Sequence record: NC_031934.1
From: Escherichia phage MX01
DNA: 64,000 nucleotides
Strand: one strand, 5' to 3'
Shown: piece after piece, positions 37,032-46,226 of the stretch
Position numbering within the stretch: the stretch's first letter is position 1
How the letters are laid out: every line of letters begins with the position of its first letter
Notes under the pieces: model-generated
The model's input: only the letters and a program-made list of their open reading frames with translations
The model's database searches: none
Told to the model about the DNA's origin: nothing
Program-made: the position numbers and the translations under genes

Positions 37032-38050
37032 CGTGTAACCTCATTATAAAGTTGTGCAGCCATAGTCTTAAGGGCTTTAACATCGTCTTCAGTGTGGCCA
37101 TCAGGAAGGGCATCGATATAATCATACATCATATCCAAGAGGGACTTAACTTCATCTTCCTCTTCAGAATCATCGATATCAACACTGTTATCTACCTTAG
37201 ACACGATACGTAAAGAGTGGACAACCTTTTCAAGCTCTGATTCGAACTTAGTAAGACCGTCATCAATTTTATCGACTATAACACGAACTGCGATATTTGT
37301 AAAATCTTTGTAATCGATAGTCGCGTTAGGATAATGAATCTTACGGTGCCAACAGGTTTCATTGATGATGAAATCCATCTTATGAGTTTCTGTATCAAAA
37401 ATCCAGAAGCCTCGAGGGTCGTTCTCATCACCGGCAGTCAAGGTCCATGGTGTACCGATATACTTAACGTTTGCTGCATCAGAAATAGTGTGGAAGTGGC
37501 CTGACCAAACCTGCTTATACTTCTTAAGGAAATCAGGTTCTAAACCATGAGATTTCATTCCTTTATAGAAATAGAAACCATTTAATTCCCAGTGACCAAT
37601 ACAAAAATCTGCTGTGGTATTTTTGATATGCTCCATGATATCAGTCGTGTTTTCTTCACACATCCATGGAATCAAATCAATTTCGGTGCCATCAAAGTTA
37701 ACCGTAGTAGGTTTCTCAATAACCTTGATATGCTCATATTTACCCAGAACTTCAGAAGCAGCGTTCGGAGTCAAGGTATTTTTGTAGTGCATATCATGGT
37801 TACCAACAATGGTATACATGGTAATGCCATTTTCTTTAAGCAAATCTGAAATATGTCTGGCAAATTCCATGCACTTATGAGTAATTGCTTTACGAACATC
37901 AAAAATATCACCATACTGAATCCAGACAGTGATACCGTTTGCTTTAGAATAATTGATGGCGTCTTTAATGCCTGCCAATTGAATATTTTGCACCCAAGGG
38001 TCATCGTTCTTAACTCCAAGGTGCCAGTCACCTGTGTTTAGTATTTTCAT
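37028..38050 (-). CDS. 47: recombination endonuclease subunit (Mre11/SbcD-like phosphoesterase)
   Basis: Calcineurin-like motifs GDWHLG, GNHD, GHFH; start set to ATG MKILNTGDWH. Confidence 0.88.
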   Translation of the reverse strand: MKILNTGDWHLGVKNDDPWVQNIQLAGIKDAINYSKANGITVWIQYGDIFDVRKAITHKCMEFARHISDLLKENGITMYTIVGNHDMHYKNTLTPNAASEVLGKYEHIKVIEKPTTVNFDGTEIDLIPWMCEENTTDIMEHIKNTTADFCIGHWELNGFYFYKGMKSHGLEPDFLKKYKQVWSGHFHTISDAANVKYIGTPWTLTAGDENDPRGFWIFDTETHKMDFIINETCWHRKIHYPNATIDYKDFTNIAVRVIVDKIDDGLTKFESELEKVVHSLRIVSKVDNSVDIDDSEEEDEVKSLLDMMYDYIDALPDGHTEDDVKALKTMAAQLYNEVTR

Positions 38051-38190
38051 AAGCCAAGCGCCGTTATCGCAGTGCAAAATAAAATTATTGAAATGAACCC
38101 GTCAGGAGTGGAAAAGAATCCTATCCAACAAGCTCGTGTGAATGTATAGAATGCCATTAATAGCACGACATATCCTAAAAATAATTCCAT
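38047..38190 (-). CDS. small hydrophobic protein, about 47 aa (not in ORF track)
   Basis: ATG with GAGGAG SD; stop overlaps gene 47 start (ATGA). Confidence 0.4.
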   Translation of the reverse strand: MELFLGYVVLLMAFYTFTRACWIGFFSTPDGFISIILFCTAITALGL

Positions 38191-38233
38191 ATGTTCTCCT
38201 CAGTTTAGACTATTGTACTCCGATATACATAAA

Positions 38234-38256
38234 GCAAAAAAGGAGCCTAAGCTCCT
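38234..38256 (-). terminator. rho-independent terminator (GGAGC-TTAG-GCTCC then TTTTTT)
   Basis: Hairpin with T6 run upstream of the gene-47 unit. Confidence 0.55.
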
Positions 38257-38420
38257 TTACCAACTAATACACCATACAGAGGTTCACGTGAAGATTTGAA
38301 CTTAATAGGCTTATATGTAATAGTACCTTCATTTTCTGATTTAATACGAGCGGCTTCAAATTGAAGAATCATCTCGTTTTTGTCAGATTTAATCTTATCA
38401 AAATCCGTCGAATTCGTCAT
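38247..38420 (-). CDS. possible small ORF, about 57 aa
   Basis: ATG with AAGAGG SD; stop lies inside terminator stem; weak. Confidence 0.25.
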   Translation of the reverse strand: MTNSTDFDKIKSDKNEMILQFEAARIKSENEGTITYKPIKFKSSREPLYGVLVGKGA

Positions 38421-38478
38421 TCATATAACCTCTTAAACTTTTTCGTATTCGTCATTCATTAGCCTGCAGTCCATGTTA

Positions 38479-38679
38479 TCATCTCTGCCACCACTTCTTA
38501 AGTTGATGAGAATCTACCCAAACCTTGGCTACAGGCTCAATCTGAAAAATTCCATCGGAATACTGGCCGACCATTTTGTATTCGGTTTCGGACTGCTTAA
38601 TACAGATATTACCGTATGAGCGAAGTCTAAAGGCGGCTCCAATAAGAAGCCGTTTAAAGGGTTTATTTACTAGAGCCAT
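38479..38679 (-). CDS. hypothetical protein, 66 aa
   Basis: Small co-oriented ORF. Confidence 0.4.
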   Translation of the reverse strand: MALVNKPFKRLLIGAAFRLRSYGNICIKQSETEYKMVGQYSDGIFQIEPVAKVWVDSHQLKKWWQR

Positions 38680-38974
38680 TGACGATTTCCCAAATTTGTT
38701 TGCGGGTAGATTCCCACATCAATTGAACAAGTTCATCAGTAACAGGTTGACGGTAAATACCACGTAATTTAATTAAAGCGTACTTATATGCTTCAAAGTT
38801 GTTTTCAAGTACAGCGCCTTGGGCATGGAGATTTAAACGACGGATTTCACGAGCATTCTTCTTAAGAATCTTAGCCGCTTGAGAATTAGCTTCTTTAATA
38901 TTGTGCTCTTCTAAACGTTGCTGGGCTTCTTCAATTTGCTCATCAGTCAATTGAGAAATGTCATGGCTTTGCAT
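38663..38974 (-). CDS. hypothetical protein, 103 aa
   Basis: Co-oriented ORF. Confidence 0.5.
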   Translation of the reverse strand: MQSHDISQLTDEQIEEAQQRLEEHNIKEANSQAAKILKKNAREIRRLNLHAQGAVLENNFEAYKYALIKLRGIYRQPVTDELVQLMWESTRKQIWEIVNGSSK

Positions 38975-38975
38975 A

Positions 38976-39206
38976 TTAATCCTTTGGAGTCAATTCAATA
39001 GTGAAGTAGAAATTAGCGTTCTCAACATGATAACGATAATCTACGTTATTGTCAGGAGAAGTGAATTCGATATTCCTGACGTTAAGTGGGTCAATATCAA
39101 TAGGAAGGCCTTTAACATCCCGTAATATCAATTTAATAAAATAAGGGAGTGCTTCGAAGTCTTCCATTCCATCTAAAAGTGGAGTGATATTAATCTGATG
39201 TTCCAT
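38976..39206 (-). CDS. hypothetical protein, start uncertain
   Basis: Track start is GTG inside gene 55; internal ATG chosen; no clear SD. Confidence 0.35.
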   Translation of the reverse strand: MEHQINITPLLDGMEDFEALPYFIKLILRDVKGLPIDIDPLNVRNIEFTSPDNNVDYRYHVENANFYFTIELTPKD

Positions 39207-39747
39207 ATAAAAAATCCAGTTCACCAACTTTAGGTTCGGCACTCTTATCAGACCCTGGTGCTTTAGTTAAAGAGGTTTCATACTGAGTCATTTTGTCGTA
39301 GATATCTTGGATAAAGGTTTCATCTGCAATACCTACCATGTCGTCATCATTACTGTCATAGACATTATGGACGAAGTAGCTATATTTCTTTGCCATTTCT
39401 TTACGTTCTTTTTTGATACGCTGAACGAAGGCATTAAAACAAGCCATAGTGATATATGCATGTGGGTTGTCGTATTTTGTTTCGTCGAAATTGTGAAGAC
39501 CTTTAATCGAAGCTTCGATTCCATCAGCTATCATTTCCTGCCGCCAAGATTGGGTATATCCTGAGAAGTTGAAACGCTTGCTGAGGCCTTCTGCTATAAG
39601 CATAATAGCCAATCCTATAGTATCATTTTGTCTAATGATTTTATTAGGGTCGGTGTTAGCATATAATTCCTGCTTCCAACTTGTAATAGCTTTAAGAAGC
39701 TCCTTGTTATTTACATAATTATTTTTAGTCAGTTTAATTTTGGTCAT
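39190..39747 (-). CDS. 55: late-transcription sigma factor
   Basis: 185 aa; near-identical to recalled T4 gp55 core (NYVNNKELL...[29 protein letters not shown]). Confidence 0.92.
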   Translation of the reverse strand: MTKIKLTKNNYVNNKELLKAITSWKQELYANTDPNKIIRQNDTIGLAIMLIAEGLSKRFNFSGYTQSWRQEMIADGIEASIKGLHNFDETKYDNPHAYITMACFNAFVQRIKKERKEMAKKYSYFVHNVYDSNDDDMVGIADETFIQDIYDKMTQYETSLTKAPGSDKSAEPKVGELDFLYGTSD

Positions 39748-39778
39748 TGTTACCTCAGATAACTCAAATCATAGGTCT

Positions 39779-39813
39779 ATTATATCATAGTATTTGAAGA
39801 CCCTTTTAAAGCA
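39779..39813 (-). promoter_or_regulatory. promoter for gene 55: TGATATAAT with upstream MotA-box-like TGCTTTA
   Basis: Extended -10 plus TGCTTTA; spacing imperfect. Confidence 0.4.
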
Positions 39814-40077
39814 TCAACGGAGTAAGCAATAAGCCTGAAATACTGTTTCAAGGATTTGTGTGAACTCGGAATAAGAAATTGTATCAGTACACCCGTGTTC
39901 AGACATATATCCACAAAATTCTTTAAAAAGACTTGGATATTCACGATGGTTGTATTTGGAAATATGAGACTTCCATACTAAAGAAGTCTCACCACAAACA
40001 AACTCAACATCCATACAGTTATCTATTAAGAAAAATCCGAGACCTTCGTAGGCGAGGGTGGTGGATATGGGTTTCAT
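39814..40077 (-). CDS. hypothetical protein, 87 aa
   Basis: Co-oriented small ORF. Confidence 0.45.
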   Translation of the reverse strand: MKPISTTLAYEGLGFFLIDNCMDVEFVCGETSLVWKSHISKYNHREYPSLFKEFCGYMSEHGCTDTISYSEFTQILETVFQAYCLLR

Positions 40078-40340
40078 TGTAGGAATCGAGCTCCTTCCAA
40101 GGCATCATCTAGGTTATCGAACTCGTCGACGTAGTCAACACCGCCAACCTCATCTTTTGCATACAGCCAATACTGTTTAAATTCGTATTCAATAATAAAG
40201 TGGTCACCCTCAATCTGGAGAACCCCATCGCCATTAAATTGAATTGCATAACCTGTAAAGCGGACATCATTCAAGAGTTCTTCTTTCATAGCAATCATTT
40301 CCAAGTTTTTATCGTAATTAGAGAGTTTTATTTTAATCAT
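40074..40340 (-). CDS. hypothetical acidic protein, 88 aa
   Basis: ATGA-coupled small ORF. Confidence 0.45.
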   Translation of the reverse strand: MIKIKLSNYDKNLEMIAMKEELLNDVRFTGYAIQFNGDGVLQIEGDHFIIEYEFKQYWLYAKDEVGGVDYVDEFDNLDDALEGARFLQ

Positions 40341-40666
40341 TTCGCCGCCTTAACAATTTTCAGGTCAACGAATTTTTTCTTACGTTGGTTTTTCATACGA
40401 CGGATAGTTTTATCCGTGATTTCACCCGGTTGCCAAGCTTTAGATTCAACACCAAATGCAGCGACATCGAATTCATCAAGGATATATTGAACCAGGATTT
40501 CACGAATACCGTTCTTACCAATTTTCTGGTCTTTAGAGTGCATGATTGGTAACAGTTCAGCAACCCATTGGTCGAGAATTTCAGGAGTCACAAAACCTGT
40601 ATTCATCAGTTCATTTACTTTATCGAAAGCGAAAGAGTTCAGTACGTTTTTAATAGCTTGTGACAT
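40337..40666 (-). CDS. hypothetical protein, 109 aa
   Basis: ATG with GAGGAA SD; initiation region identical over 22 nt to that of 47307-48149. Confidence 0.5.
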   Translation of the reverse strand: MSQAIKNVLNSFAFDKVNELMNTGFVTPEILDQWVAELLPIMHSKDQKIGKNGIREILVQYILDEFDVAAFGVESKAWQPGEITDKTIRRMKNQRKKKFVDLKIVKAAK

Positions 40667-40733
40667 AATAATTTCCTCAGTTTTAAATTATAATCCGTAG
40701 GACCATTATACTCTGGTCCCAAGAGTTTGTAAA

Positions 40734-40934
40734 CTATTTTTGTGCTTTGGCGCCTTTCCAACCTTCATACATCATTGCTGCGGAAATTAACAAAGCACCC
40801 GAGCAACTTGAATATTTGTGATTCCAAAACCAGTTTAGAAAAACTTCGTCATCAATACCTTGGGCTATCATATTTTCAAAGAACTGACGACGAGATTCGG
40901 CAATTCGCTGTGATAATTTAGATTCAGGATTCAT
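40734..40934 (-). CDS. hypothetical protein, 66 aa
   Basis: Small ORF. Confidence 0.4.
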   Translation of the reverse strand: MNPESKLSQRIAESRRQFFENMIAQGIDDEVFLNWFWNHKYSSCSGALLISAAMMYEGWKGAKAQK

Positions 40935-40945
40935 TTAAATTTTCC

Positions 40946-41239
40946 TCAGCTGTAACGATAACACTCGTTTGATTTACGTTTTGCAACTCGATGAGAAGTA
41001 TTGTAATCAGGTTCATCGTCGTTGTAAACATCTTTTTTCAGCTTTCTCACTTCTTTACGAAGCTGGCGGTTCATTTCATTCTTAACTTCGGAATCAACGC
41101 CTCTCATACGTTTCCACTTGTCAGAACGGAAGATATTTTCTTCAACCAGTTCCTGACTTACACCGTCCGGTGCTTTACGGCGACCTGAATAATAAAAATC
41201 TTTTACAGACAATTCTTTACGACGGATAGTTTTACCCAT
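40946..41239 (-). CDS. hypothetical basic protein, 97 aa
   Basis: Lys/Arg-rich ORF. Confidence 0.45.
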   Translation of the reverse strand: MGKTIRRKELSVKDFYYSGRRKAPDGVSQELVEENIFRSDKWKRMRGVDSEVKNEMNRQLRKEVRKLKKDVYNDDEPDYNTSHRVAKRKSNECYRYS

Positions 41240-41246
41240 AGTTACC

Positions 41247-41495
41247 TCAGCAATTTACATCAATAAGATTTTTAATGTAATTAACGTCTGCAATACTCAG
41301 ATCGAGTTTAATAGCTTTCAGACGTTCATCCAGAGTAAGAAAAGTTACTCGCTTCCAATTCTTAACAGGGCAGCAATACGTTTTAGGGCCGTTAGCGATT
41401 TCAATATTTTTATCTGTGATGGTGATAAAAATCAGACGTACATAGTCAAGATTCAGGGTGATGACATTTCTCTTTGCATGTATTTTCAGGCTCAT
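41247..41495 (-). CDS. hypothetical protein, 82 aa
   Basis: Small ORF. Confidence 0.45.
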   Translation of the reverse strand: MSLKIHAKRNVITLNLDYVRLIFITITDKNIEIANGPKTYCCPVKNWKRVTFLTLDERLKAIKLDLSIADVNYIKNLIDVNC

Positions 41496-41674
41496 AATTT
41501 AATTTCCTTAGCTATCGAACAAAACACACTACGGTCACACACCATCAATGGAATATTTTTATGGTCCAGTACACGATACCATACGTCTGAATCACTAGCA
41601 GCAATTACACGAACCGCACGTCCATTTATCAAATAATACTGGTCGGCTTTAATTTCTTTATCTTGGATAGTCAT
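41492..41674 (-). CDS. hypothetical protein, 60 aa
   Basis: ATG with GAGGAG SD; early promoter 41704-41732. Confidence 0.5.
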   Translation of the reverse strand: MTIQDKEIKADQYYLINGRAVRVIAASDSDVWYRVLDHKNIPLMVCDRSVFCSIAKEIKL

Positions 41675-41703
41675 AATGGTCTCCTCATGTGTTGATAGGA
41701 TAG

Positions 41704-41732
41704 ACTATAACACGCGAGGAGAGGAAGTAAAC
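41704..41732 (-). promoter_or_regulatory. early promoter (GTTTAC-N17-TATAGT)
   Basis: Cassette followed by GAGGAG SD. Confidence 0.6.
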
Positions 41733-41733
41733 A

Positions 41734-42051
41734 CTAATCTTCAATTAAATCTCGGTCATAGCCAAGTTCAATCAAAAGTGACTTAAAGGCAGGAATATTT
41801 TCTATTTTCTTATTATCGACAAATATGACAGGGTAGCGTATCGCTAAGCTCTTGAAGCCAGCACGTTTGGCCAATGATACTATAAGAGGCTTGTCATATA
41901 CTGCGCCTGACGGCGTCTGGTTAATCACAGGATAGAAAGTATGCGGGATAGAAAGGGAATTTAGGAGCGATAGAACTGCAATGCACCCTGGACAGCGCAT
42001 GACTGTCTCAGGGATACCGTAAATCTCAATTTTAGTTAACTTTTGGCCCAC
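41734..42051 (-). CDS. glutaredoxin-like protein (NrdH-like)
   Basis: CPGC redox motif near N-terminus; about 100 aa. Confidence 0.55.
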   Translation of the reverse strand: MGQKLTKIEIYGIPETVMRCPGCIAVLSLLNSLSIPHTFYPVINQTPSGAVYDKPLIVSLAKRAGFKSLAIRYPVIFVDNKKIENIPAFKSLLIELGYDRDLIED

Positions 42052-42328
42052 AGGAAATCACTCCTTGGTAGTCCCAGGTTTTTAGAACTTCGTCATCAAC
42101 AGTTTCATAAGGAACATAAATCTGAATAAGGAACCCAGTATCATCAAAAGAGAAGTAGACAGTAGGTTTAATACCATGAATCTCTGACAGAGCATAGATG
42201 TCCTTGAGGTCGTCTTCCTTACCTTTAAAGAATTCGGGATTCAGGTCACAGTCATGGAAGTACCAATCATCACCAAACTTGTCCCAAGCACCCCAATCAG
42301 TAGCTACATATTCTTCAAAACGTTTCAT
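42032..42328 (-). CDS. hypothetical acidic protein, 98 aa
   Basis: Co-oriented ORF. Confidence 0.45.
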   Translation of the reverse strand: MKRFEEYVATDWGAWDKFGDDWYFHDCDLNPEFFKGKEDDLKDIYALSEIHGIKPTVYFSFDDTGFLIQIYVPYETVDDEVLKTWDYQGVISCGPKVN

Positions 42329-42552
42329 TCTTTCACCTTCATCATTTTAGAAATAACACCGTGGACAGACTGGATTCGTTTTTCGAACTCAGACCCTTCA
42401 AGACCTTTTTCAGTACTCAGGGCACCGATAATAACAAACAGTAATCCAAACGGGATGACCAGGATTAAAAGGCACACGATAAACAGGACAAATGTAATAT
42501 TGGCCAGGATATCAGAAACAGCATTACGAAATTTGTTCATTAAAGAACCCAC
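42325..42552 (-). CDS. small membrane protein, 75 aa
   Basis: One long hydrophobic helix. Confidence 0.45.
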   Translation of the reverse strand: MGSLMNKFRNAVSDILANITFVLFIVCLLILVIPFGLLFVIIGALSTEKGLEGSEFEKRIQSVHGVISKMMKVKE

Positions 42553-42661
42553 ATGTTAGTTACAACAAATAACCATTGAGCAGGATACTCAACACCCATA
42601 ATACGAACCGCATCGTTCAGAGATTCGGCTAAAGCATAAAATGTATAGCCATAAAAATTAA

Positions 42662-43135
42662 TCATTTAAGCGATTTCCTCAGTTGTTTTTTGAATGAATC
42701 CACCATTTGTTTCTTAGTGGCAGATTCATTATAAGACATTCCGTGTGAAAGCATTTCAGCAATCATTTCTTCCTTACCCAACCTGCTGAACTCTTTGGTT
42801 TTATCAGGAACGAAATTAGGATGAATATTGTTTTCAGTATAATCAGCTTTCAGATAGACCAGCAAATTCTCTAACCATTCGAGGTAGTCAACGTTTTGAC
42901 CTTTAAGACCAGAACGGTTGAACTTATGCTTCATTTGTCCTTCTGCAGCATTGCACAGGTTACATAGTAAACCACGAACCTTACCGGCTTTTGGCCCGTT
43001 CAATTCATGGTCGTGGTCAAGGTGGTTACTTTGAACATCAGGGTTTAATTCACGTTTACAAATCAAACACTTACCACATTGTGCATCATAAAGTTTTTGT
43101 TTTTCTTCTTTGTATAATTTGCCGGTCAACAACAT
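42662..43135 (-). CDS. 49: endonuclease VII (Holliday junction resolvase)
   Basis: 157 aa; near-identical to recalled T4 endo VII, zinc-binding CxxC pairs. Confidence 0.92.
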   Translation of the reverse strand: MLLTGKLYKEEKQKLYDAQCGKCLICKRELNPDVQSNHLDHDHELNGPKAGKVRGLLCNLCNAAEGQMKHKFNRSGLKGQNVDYLEWLENLLVYLKADYTENNIHPNFVPDKTKEFSRLGKEEMIAEMLSHGMSYNESATKKQMVDSFKKQLRKSLK

Positions 43136-43264
43136 AATAAACCCTTACCATTATTAGATAAGGGTATTTATTAATATCCTAATAGTTTAGCAGTGCAACT
43201 TAGCACTAACAACAATCCGAATAAAACAACTCCTACCCAAAATACCGTAATAAGAGCCTCCATA

Positions 43265-43441
43265 TCAGACCCCATAGAATGAACGATGCAAACGTTTAAA
43301 TTGCCGAATCATCTTTTTAGTAGGACGGGTATATAATCCTATACAGGTGGCCATAAACTGGTCAGTTGGACTTCCTTTGATAAGAAGTTTCCAGACCTTA
43401 CCGCCATTTAATTTTTCGGTATAGACTAATACAGTTTTCAT
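43265..43441 (-). CDS. possible small basic protein, about 58 aa (not in ORF track)
   Basis: ATG overlapping stop of upstream ORF (ATGA). Confidence 0.3.
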   Translation of the reverse strand: MKTVLVYTEKLNGGKVWKLLIKGSPTDQFMATCIGLYTRPTKKMIRQFKRLHRSFYGV

Positions 43442-43740
43442 GCGACCTCAAATTCATTATCATCGTTAGTCCAAAAACACCAGAATGCAGATTTAGTGCC
43501 TTCATACATTTCTTTGGTGTATTCATATACCTTACCGTTGAACTCAATAGCAGTCACACCAATGATTTCAGGATTACCCCAGGGAGAAATCTCCACCTTC
43601 AAGATTTTAACTTCAGCACCTTCACAGAGCTTACCGGATTCAAAGCCGCGATTGCCGTTTAATTCAGGCCAGTCAACATAATGGTCAACGGTTTCTTCAG
43701 TAATACGAACAGTTTTACCTTCAAATTCAAATAAATTCAT
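43438..43740 (-). CDS. hypothetical protein, 100 aa
   Basis: Co-oriented ORF. Confidence 0.5.
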   Translation of the reverse strand: MNLFEFEGKTVRITEETVDHYVDWPELNGNRGFESGKLCEGAEVKILKVEISPWGNPEIIGVTAIEFNGKVYEYTKEMYEGTKSAFWCFWTNDDNEFEVA

Positions 43741-43955
43741 CAGAATACCTCATCAGAAAAGCGAAGTTGAGATTCAAGCCAATGGATATAGTCAGCGGCA
43801 GCTTTAATCAAATCGGATTCTAGGTCAGGTAAAGAACCTGAATCCGACAACTCGTAAAGCGAATGTTCAATCAGACGGCCTTTATGACGGCCAACTTCAA
43901 TTTTGGTACTCATATCCAAACTCCATATCGATGAAATCATTGTTTGAAGGTTCAT
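43740..43955 (-). CDS. hypothetical protein, 71 aa
   Basis: Co-oriented ORF. Confidence 0.45.
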   Translation of the reverse strand: MNLQTMISSIWSLDMSTKIEVGRHKGRLIEHSLYELSDSGSLPDLESDLIKAAADYIHWLESQLRFSDEVF

Positions 43956-44029
43956 TATACTCTATTTCGGAATCGTTGTAAACCGGTTCCTCTGGCCCGG
44001 TAGTTTCCCACCGAGCGACATACCATGGC

Positions 44030-44338
44030 TTAACGGTCACACCACCAACTAGATACTTCAAAATCGGGTTCACCATCTTCCCAATACCAAGGACCAATTG
44101 GGTGCCAATCACCGTGTTCATCTTCTTCAAATTCTTCGGATTCAAGCCCAACGTATTGCCATTGGACTTCATAAGCAGTACCACCGATTACAACGGTGTT
44201 CTCACCATATGGGTGAGCTACAGCAAAGTCTATACCTTCTGCTTTAGCCAACCAAACCATATATTCATATAGTTTATATTCCAGGTCATCTTCGGTGCCA
44301 TCACCTAGAAAAATGGTTTGTTCGTTTAATTCAATCAT
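44030..44338 (-). CDS. hypothetical acidic protein, 102 aa
   Basis: Highly acidic ORF, ATGA-coupled to nrdC. Confidence 0.45.
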   Translation of the reverse strand: MIELNEQTIFLGDGTEDDLEYKLYEYMVWLAKAEGIDFAVAHPYGENTVVIGGTAYEVQWQYVGLESEEFEEDEHGDWHPIGPWYWEDGEPDFEVSSWWCDR

Positions 44339-44598
44339 TTGAAATACGCTCGCAGCTGGTCAAACCCACCAATATGACTTCCGTCTGGAGCGAATACCTG
44401 AGGCATAGTCAAACCGACCTGAGATTCGCGTCCAAGTGCAGTCAAGAGTTCAGCAATCTTCTCATCATCAAACACGCCTTTTTCCGGCATCACGTTAATG
44501 AATTCGTAAGGTTGTTTCTTAACATCAAGCAGACGTTTGGCATTATCACAGAAAACACAACGGTGAATATTTGAATCGTAACCATAAACTTTAAACAT
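44335..44598 (-). CDS. nrdC: thioredoxin NrdC
   Basis: 87 aa; near-identical to recalled T4 NrdC (MFKVYGYDSNIH.CV.CDNAKRLL). Confidence 0.9.
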   Translation of the reverse strand: MFKVYGYDSNIHRCVFCDNAKRLLDVKKQPYEFINVMPEKGVFDDEKIAELLTALGRESQVGLTMPQVFAPDGSHIGGFDQLRAYFK

Positions 44599-44599
44599 T

Positions 44600-44836
44600 T
44601 TAAATTCCTAATATTTGTTTGAATGCTTCAGAACGGTCAAGTTCTGTTCCGTATTTTTCCATGTGCTCATATTTTAAATCATACACATCAGATAGTATAT
44701 TATTATACGAGCGAGTTAAAGCAGATTTCAATACTGAATAACTGTCCGGAAATTTACCGTGCTCTTTATAATAAGCTAGAGTAAGTTCGCGGACTGCCTT
44801 ATCGGCAGCCTCTACATATTCTTTACGCTTTGCCAT
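44600..44836 (-). CDS. hypothetical protein, about 78 aa
   Basis: Start moved to internal ATG to remove overlap. Confidence 0.45.
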   Translation of the reverse strand: MAKRKEYVEAADKAVRELTLAYYKEHGKFPDSYSVLKSALTRSYNNILSDVYDLKYEHMEKYGTELDRSEAFKQILGI

Positions 44837-45161
44837 TTTCGTCTCGCTCAAATTTGTGTTTACAATGGCGGCATTTGTAACGAAGATTACTAGTCTGCCA
44901 ATGGACCAATTGGACCTGTTCTGTACCGCACTCAGGACAGTTAGGAACATTCTTAGAAGATTGTTCTCGTCGTGCGACCATAGCCATCACAGCGTCCCAA
45001 TTAACAGGGCTATAATCATCACAGCCATGAATTTTACCAACCAATTCAACTTCAACATCAGCGGCTTTAATAAATTTTAAAAGACCTTTATTAAGCCCCG
45101 CTGCGGGGGTCCATTCTGGAAATGCAGTTTCTGCAATATCTTCAGCTAAACGTTGTTTCAT
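44823..45161 (-). CDS. zinc-finger protein, 112 aa
   Basis: CPEC...CRHC cysteine pairs. Confidence 0.5.
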   Translation of the reverse strand: MKQRLAEDIAETAFPEWTPAAGLNKGLLKFIKAADVEVELVGKIHGCDDYSPVNWDAVMAMVARREQSSKNVPNCPECGTEQVQLVHWQTSNLRYKCRHCKHKFERDENGKA

Positions 45162-46168
45162 TTCAGCAGCTCCAGAGCCTGTTCAAGACGGTCTAAACGA
45201 TTGGTAGACTCTTCCCAAAGTTTCTTGGCAGCGGTATATTGCCCGGTCAGTTTTTTGTTGATATCAAGGGCATCTTTATACGCTTTTTCTAAGGCAACGA
45301 CTTCTGGTAACTTGGATTTAGTAATTGGTGTAGGGGCCATGATAGGGCTGTTCAAGTCGTTAATCAAGTCTTCTAATGTAGCAGGCTCTTTATCAGTATT
45401 CACAATTTCCTCACATTTTTCTTGGTAAATTTCAGCGTCAGTTTTTGGAACGGTACATTTGATTTCACGGACTGTTACTAAGACCTCATATCCTTTCCAG
45501 CCTAAGTGGTGTTTAACTTCTTGGGTCTCATATTTCTCTACGGTATCCATCAGAGCTAAAGCTTGTTCGATAGTATTCAAGGTATCGTAAGCAATATCTT
45601 GATACTTTACAACTTCCGCATCATCTTTAGGTTTCCTATTAGGTGACCAAATAACAGAAATAATAGCTTTTCCTTTATAACTATTTGTTTTAATCATGCA
45701 ATTAGCCATCGGGTGAATAGTACGACAATCACCGGAAACTATAGTTTTAGAGGCCGCTTTGAGAATTAATGCAGAGTTAGCCTTGAATTCGCTAACCCAA
45801 CGTTGCGGAAATAAACTATTAGGGTCCATACCTTTAATTTTGATATAACCTTTTATGGTATCACCAAACCATTTGTAGCTAACAACACGGTTGGAACCTG
45901 GATATTTCTCTTTGCCAAACTCTGAAAGGATGTCCTTATTGACCAGGCGCGAAAGCAGTCGAGAACCTTTAAATGTTTTAATGATATCATGAATGCACAA
46001 ACGGCCTGCAATCTTTTCGATTTCAGCTTTGAAACAGCGCGATAATGCATCATCAATTTGGTCGACCCATTTATTGATATTAGAAACTATTACCTCGTAT
46101 GGGGTTAACGGAGGGGTGTTGGTAGTGATATACGTAGTAAAGGCATTGATGTATTCAGTACGAGTCAT
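45158..46168 (-). CDS. hypothetical protein, about 336 aa
   Basis: Start set to ATG with GAGGAG SD downstream of promoter 46196-46225. Confidence 0.55.
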   Translation of the reverse strand: MTRTEYINAFTTYITTNTPPLTPYEVIVSNINKWVDQIDDALSRCFKAEIEKIAGRLCIHDIIKTFKGSRLLSRLVNKDILSEFGKEKYPGSNRVVSYKWFGDTIKGYIKIKGMDPNSLFPQRWVSEFKANSALILKAASKTIVSGDCRTIHPMANCMIKTNSYKGKAIISVIWSPNRKPKDDAEVVKYQDIAYDTLNTIEQALALMDTVEKYETQEVKHHLGWKGYEVLVTVREIKCTVPKTDAEIYQEKCEEIVNTDKEPATLEDLINDLNSPIMAPTPITKSKLPEVVALEKAYKDALDINKKLTGQYTAAKKLWEESTNRLDRLEQALELLK

Positions 46169-46195
46169 GATATTCTCCTCAGTAGATTTAAAAAG

Positions 46196-46225
46196 ATTAT
46201 ACTCCATCCGTCCTTGGATGTAAAC
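46196..46225 (-). promoter_or_regulatory. early promoter (GTTTAC-N18-TATAAT)
   Basis: Cassette followed by GAGGAG SD and ATG at 46168. Confidence 0.6.
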
Positions 46226-46226
46226 A

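Noticed and set aside
43897-44184. 95-aa minus-strand ORF
   Set aside because: Overlaps two neighbouring ORFs by 59 and 155 bp in different frames; no start with an SD resolves the overlap.
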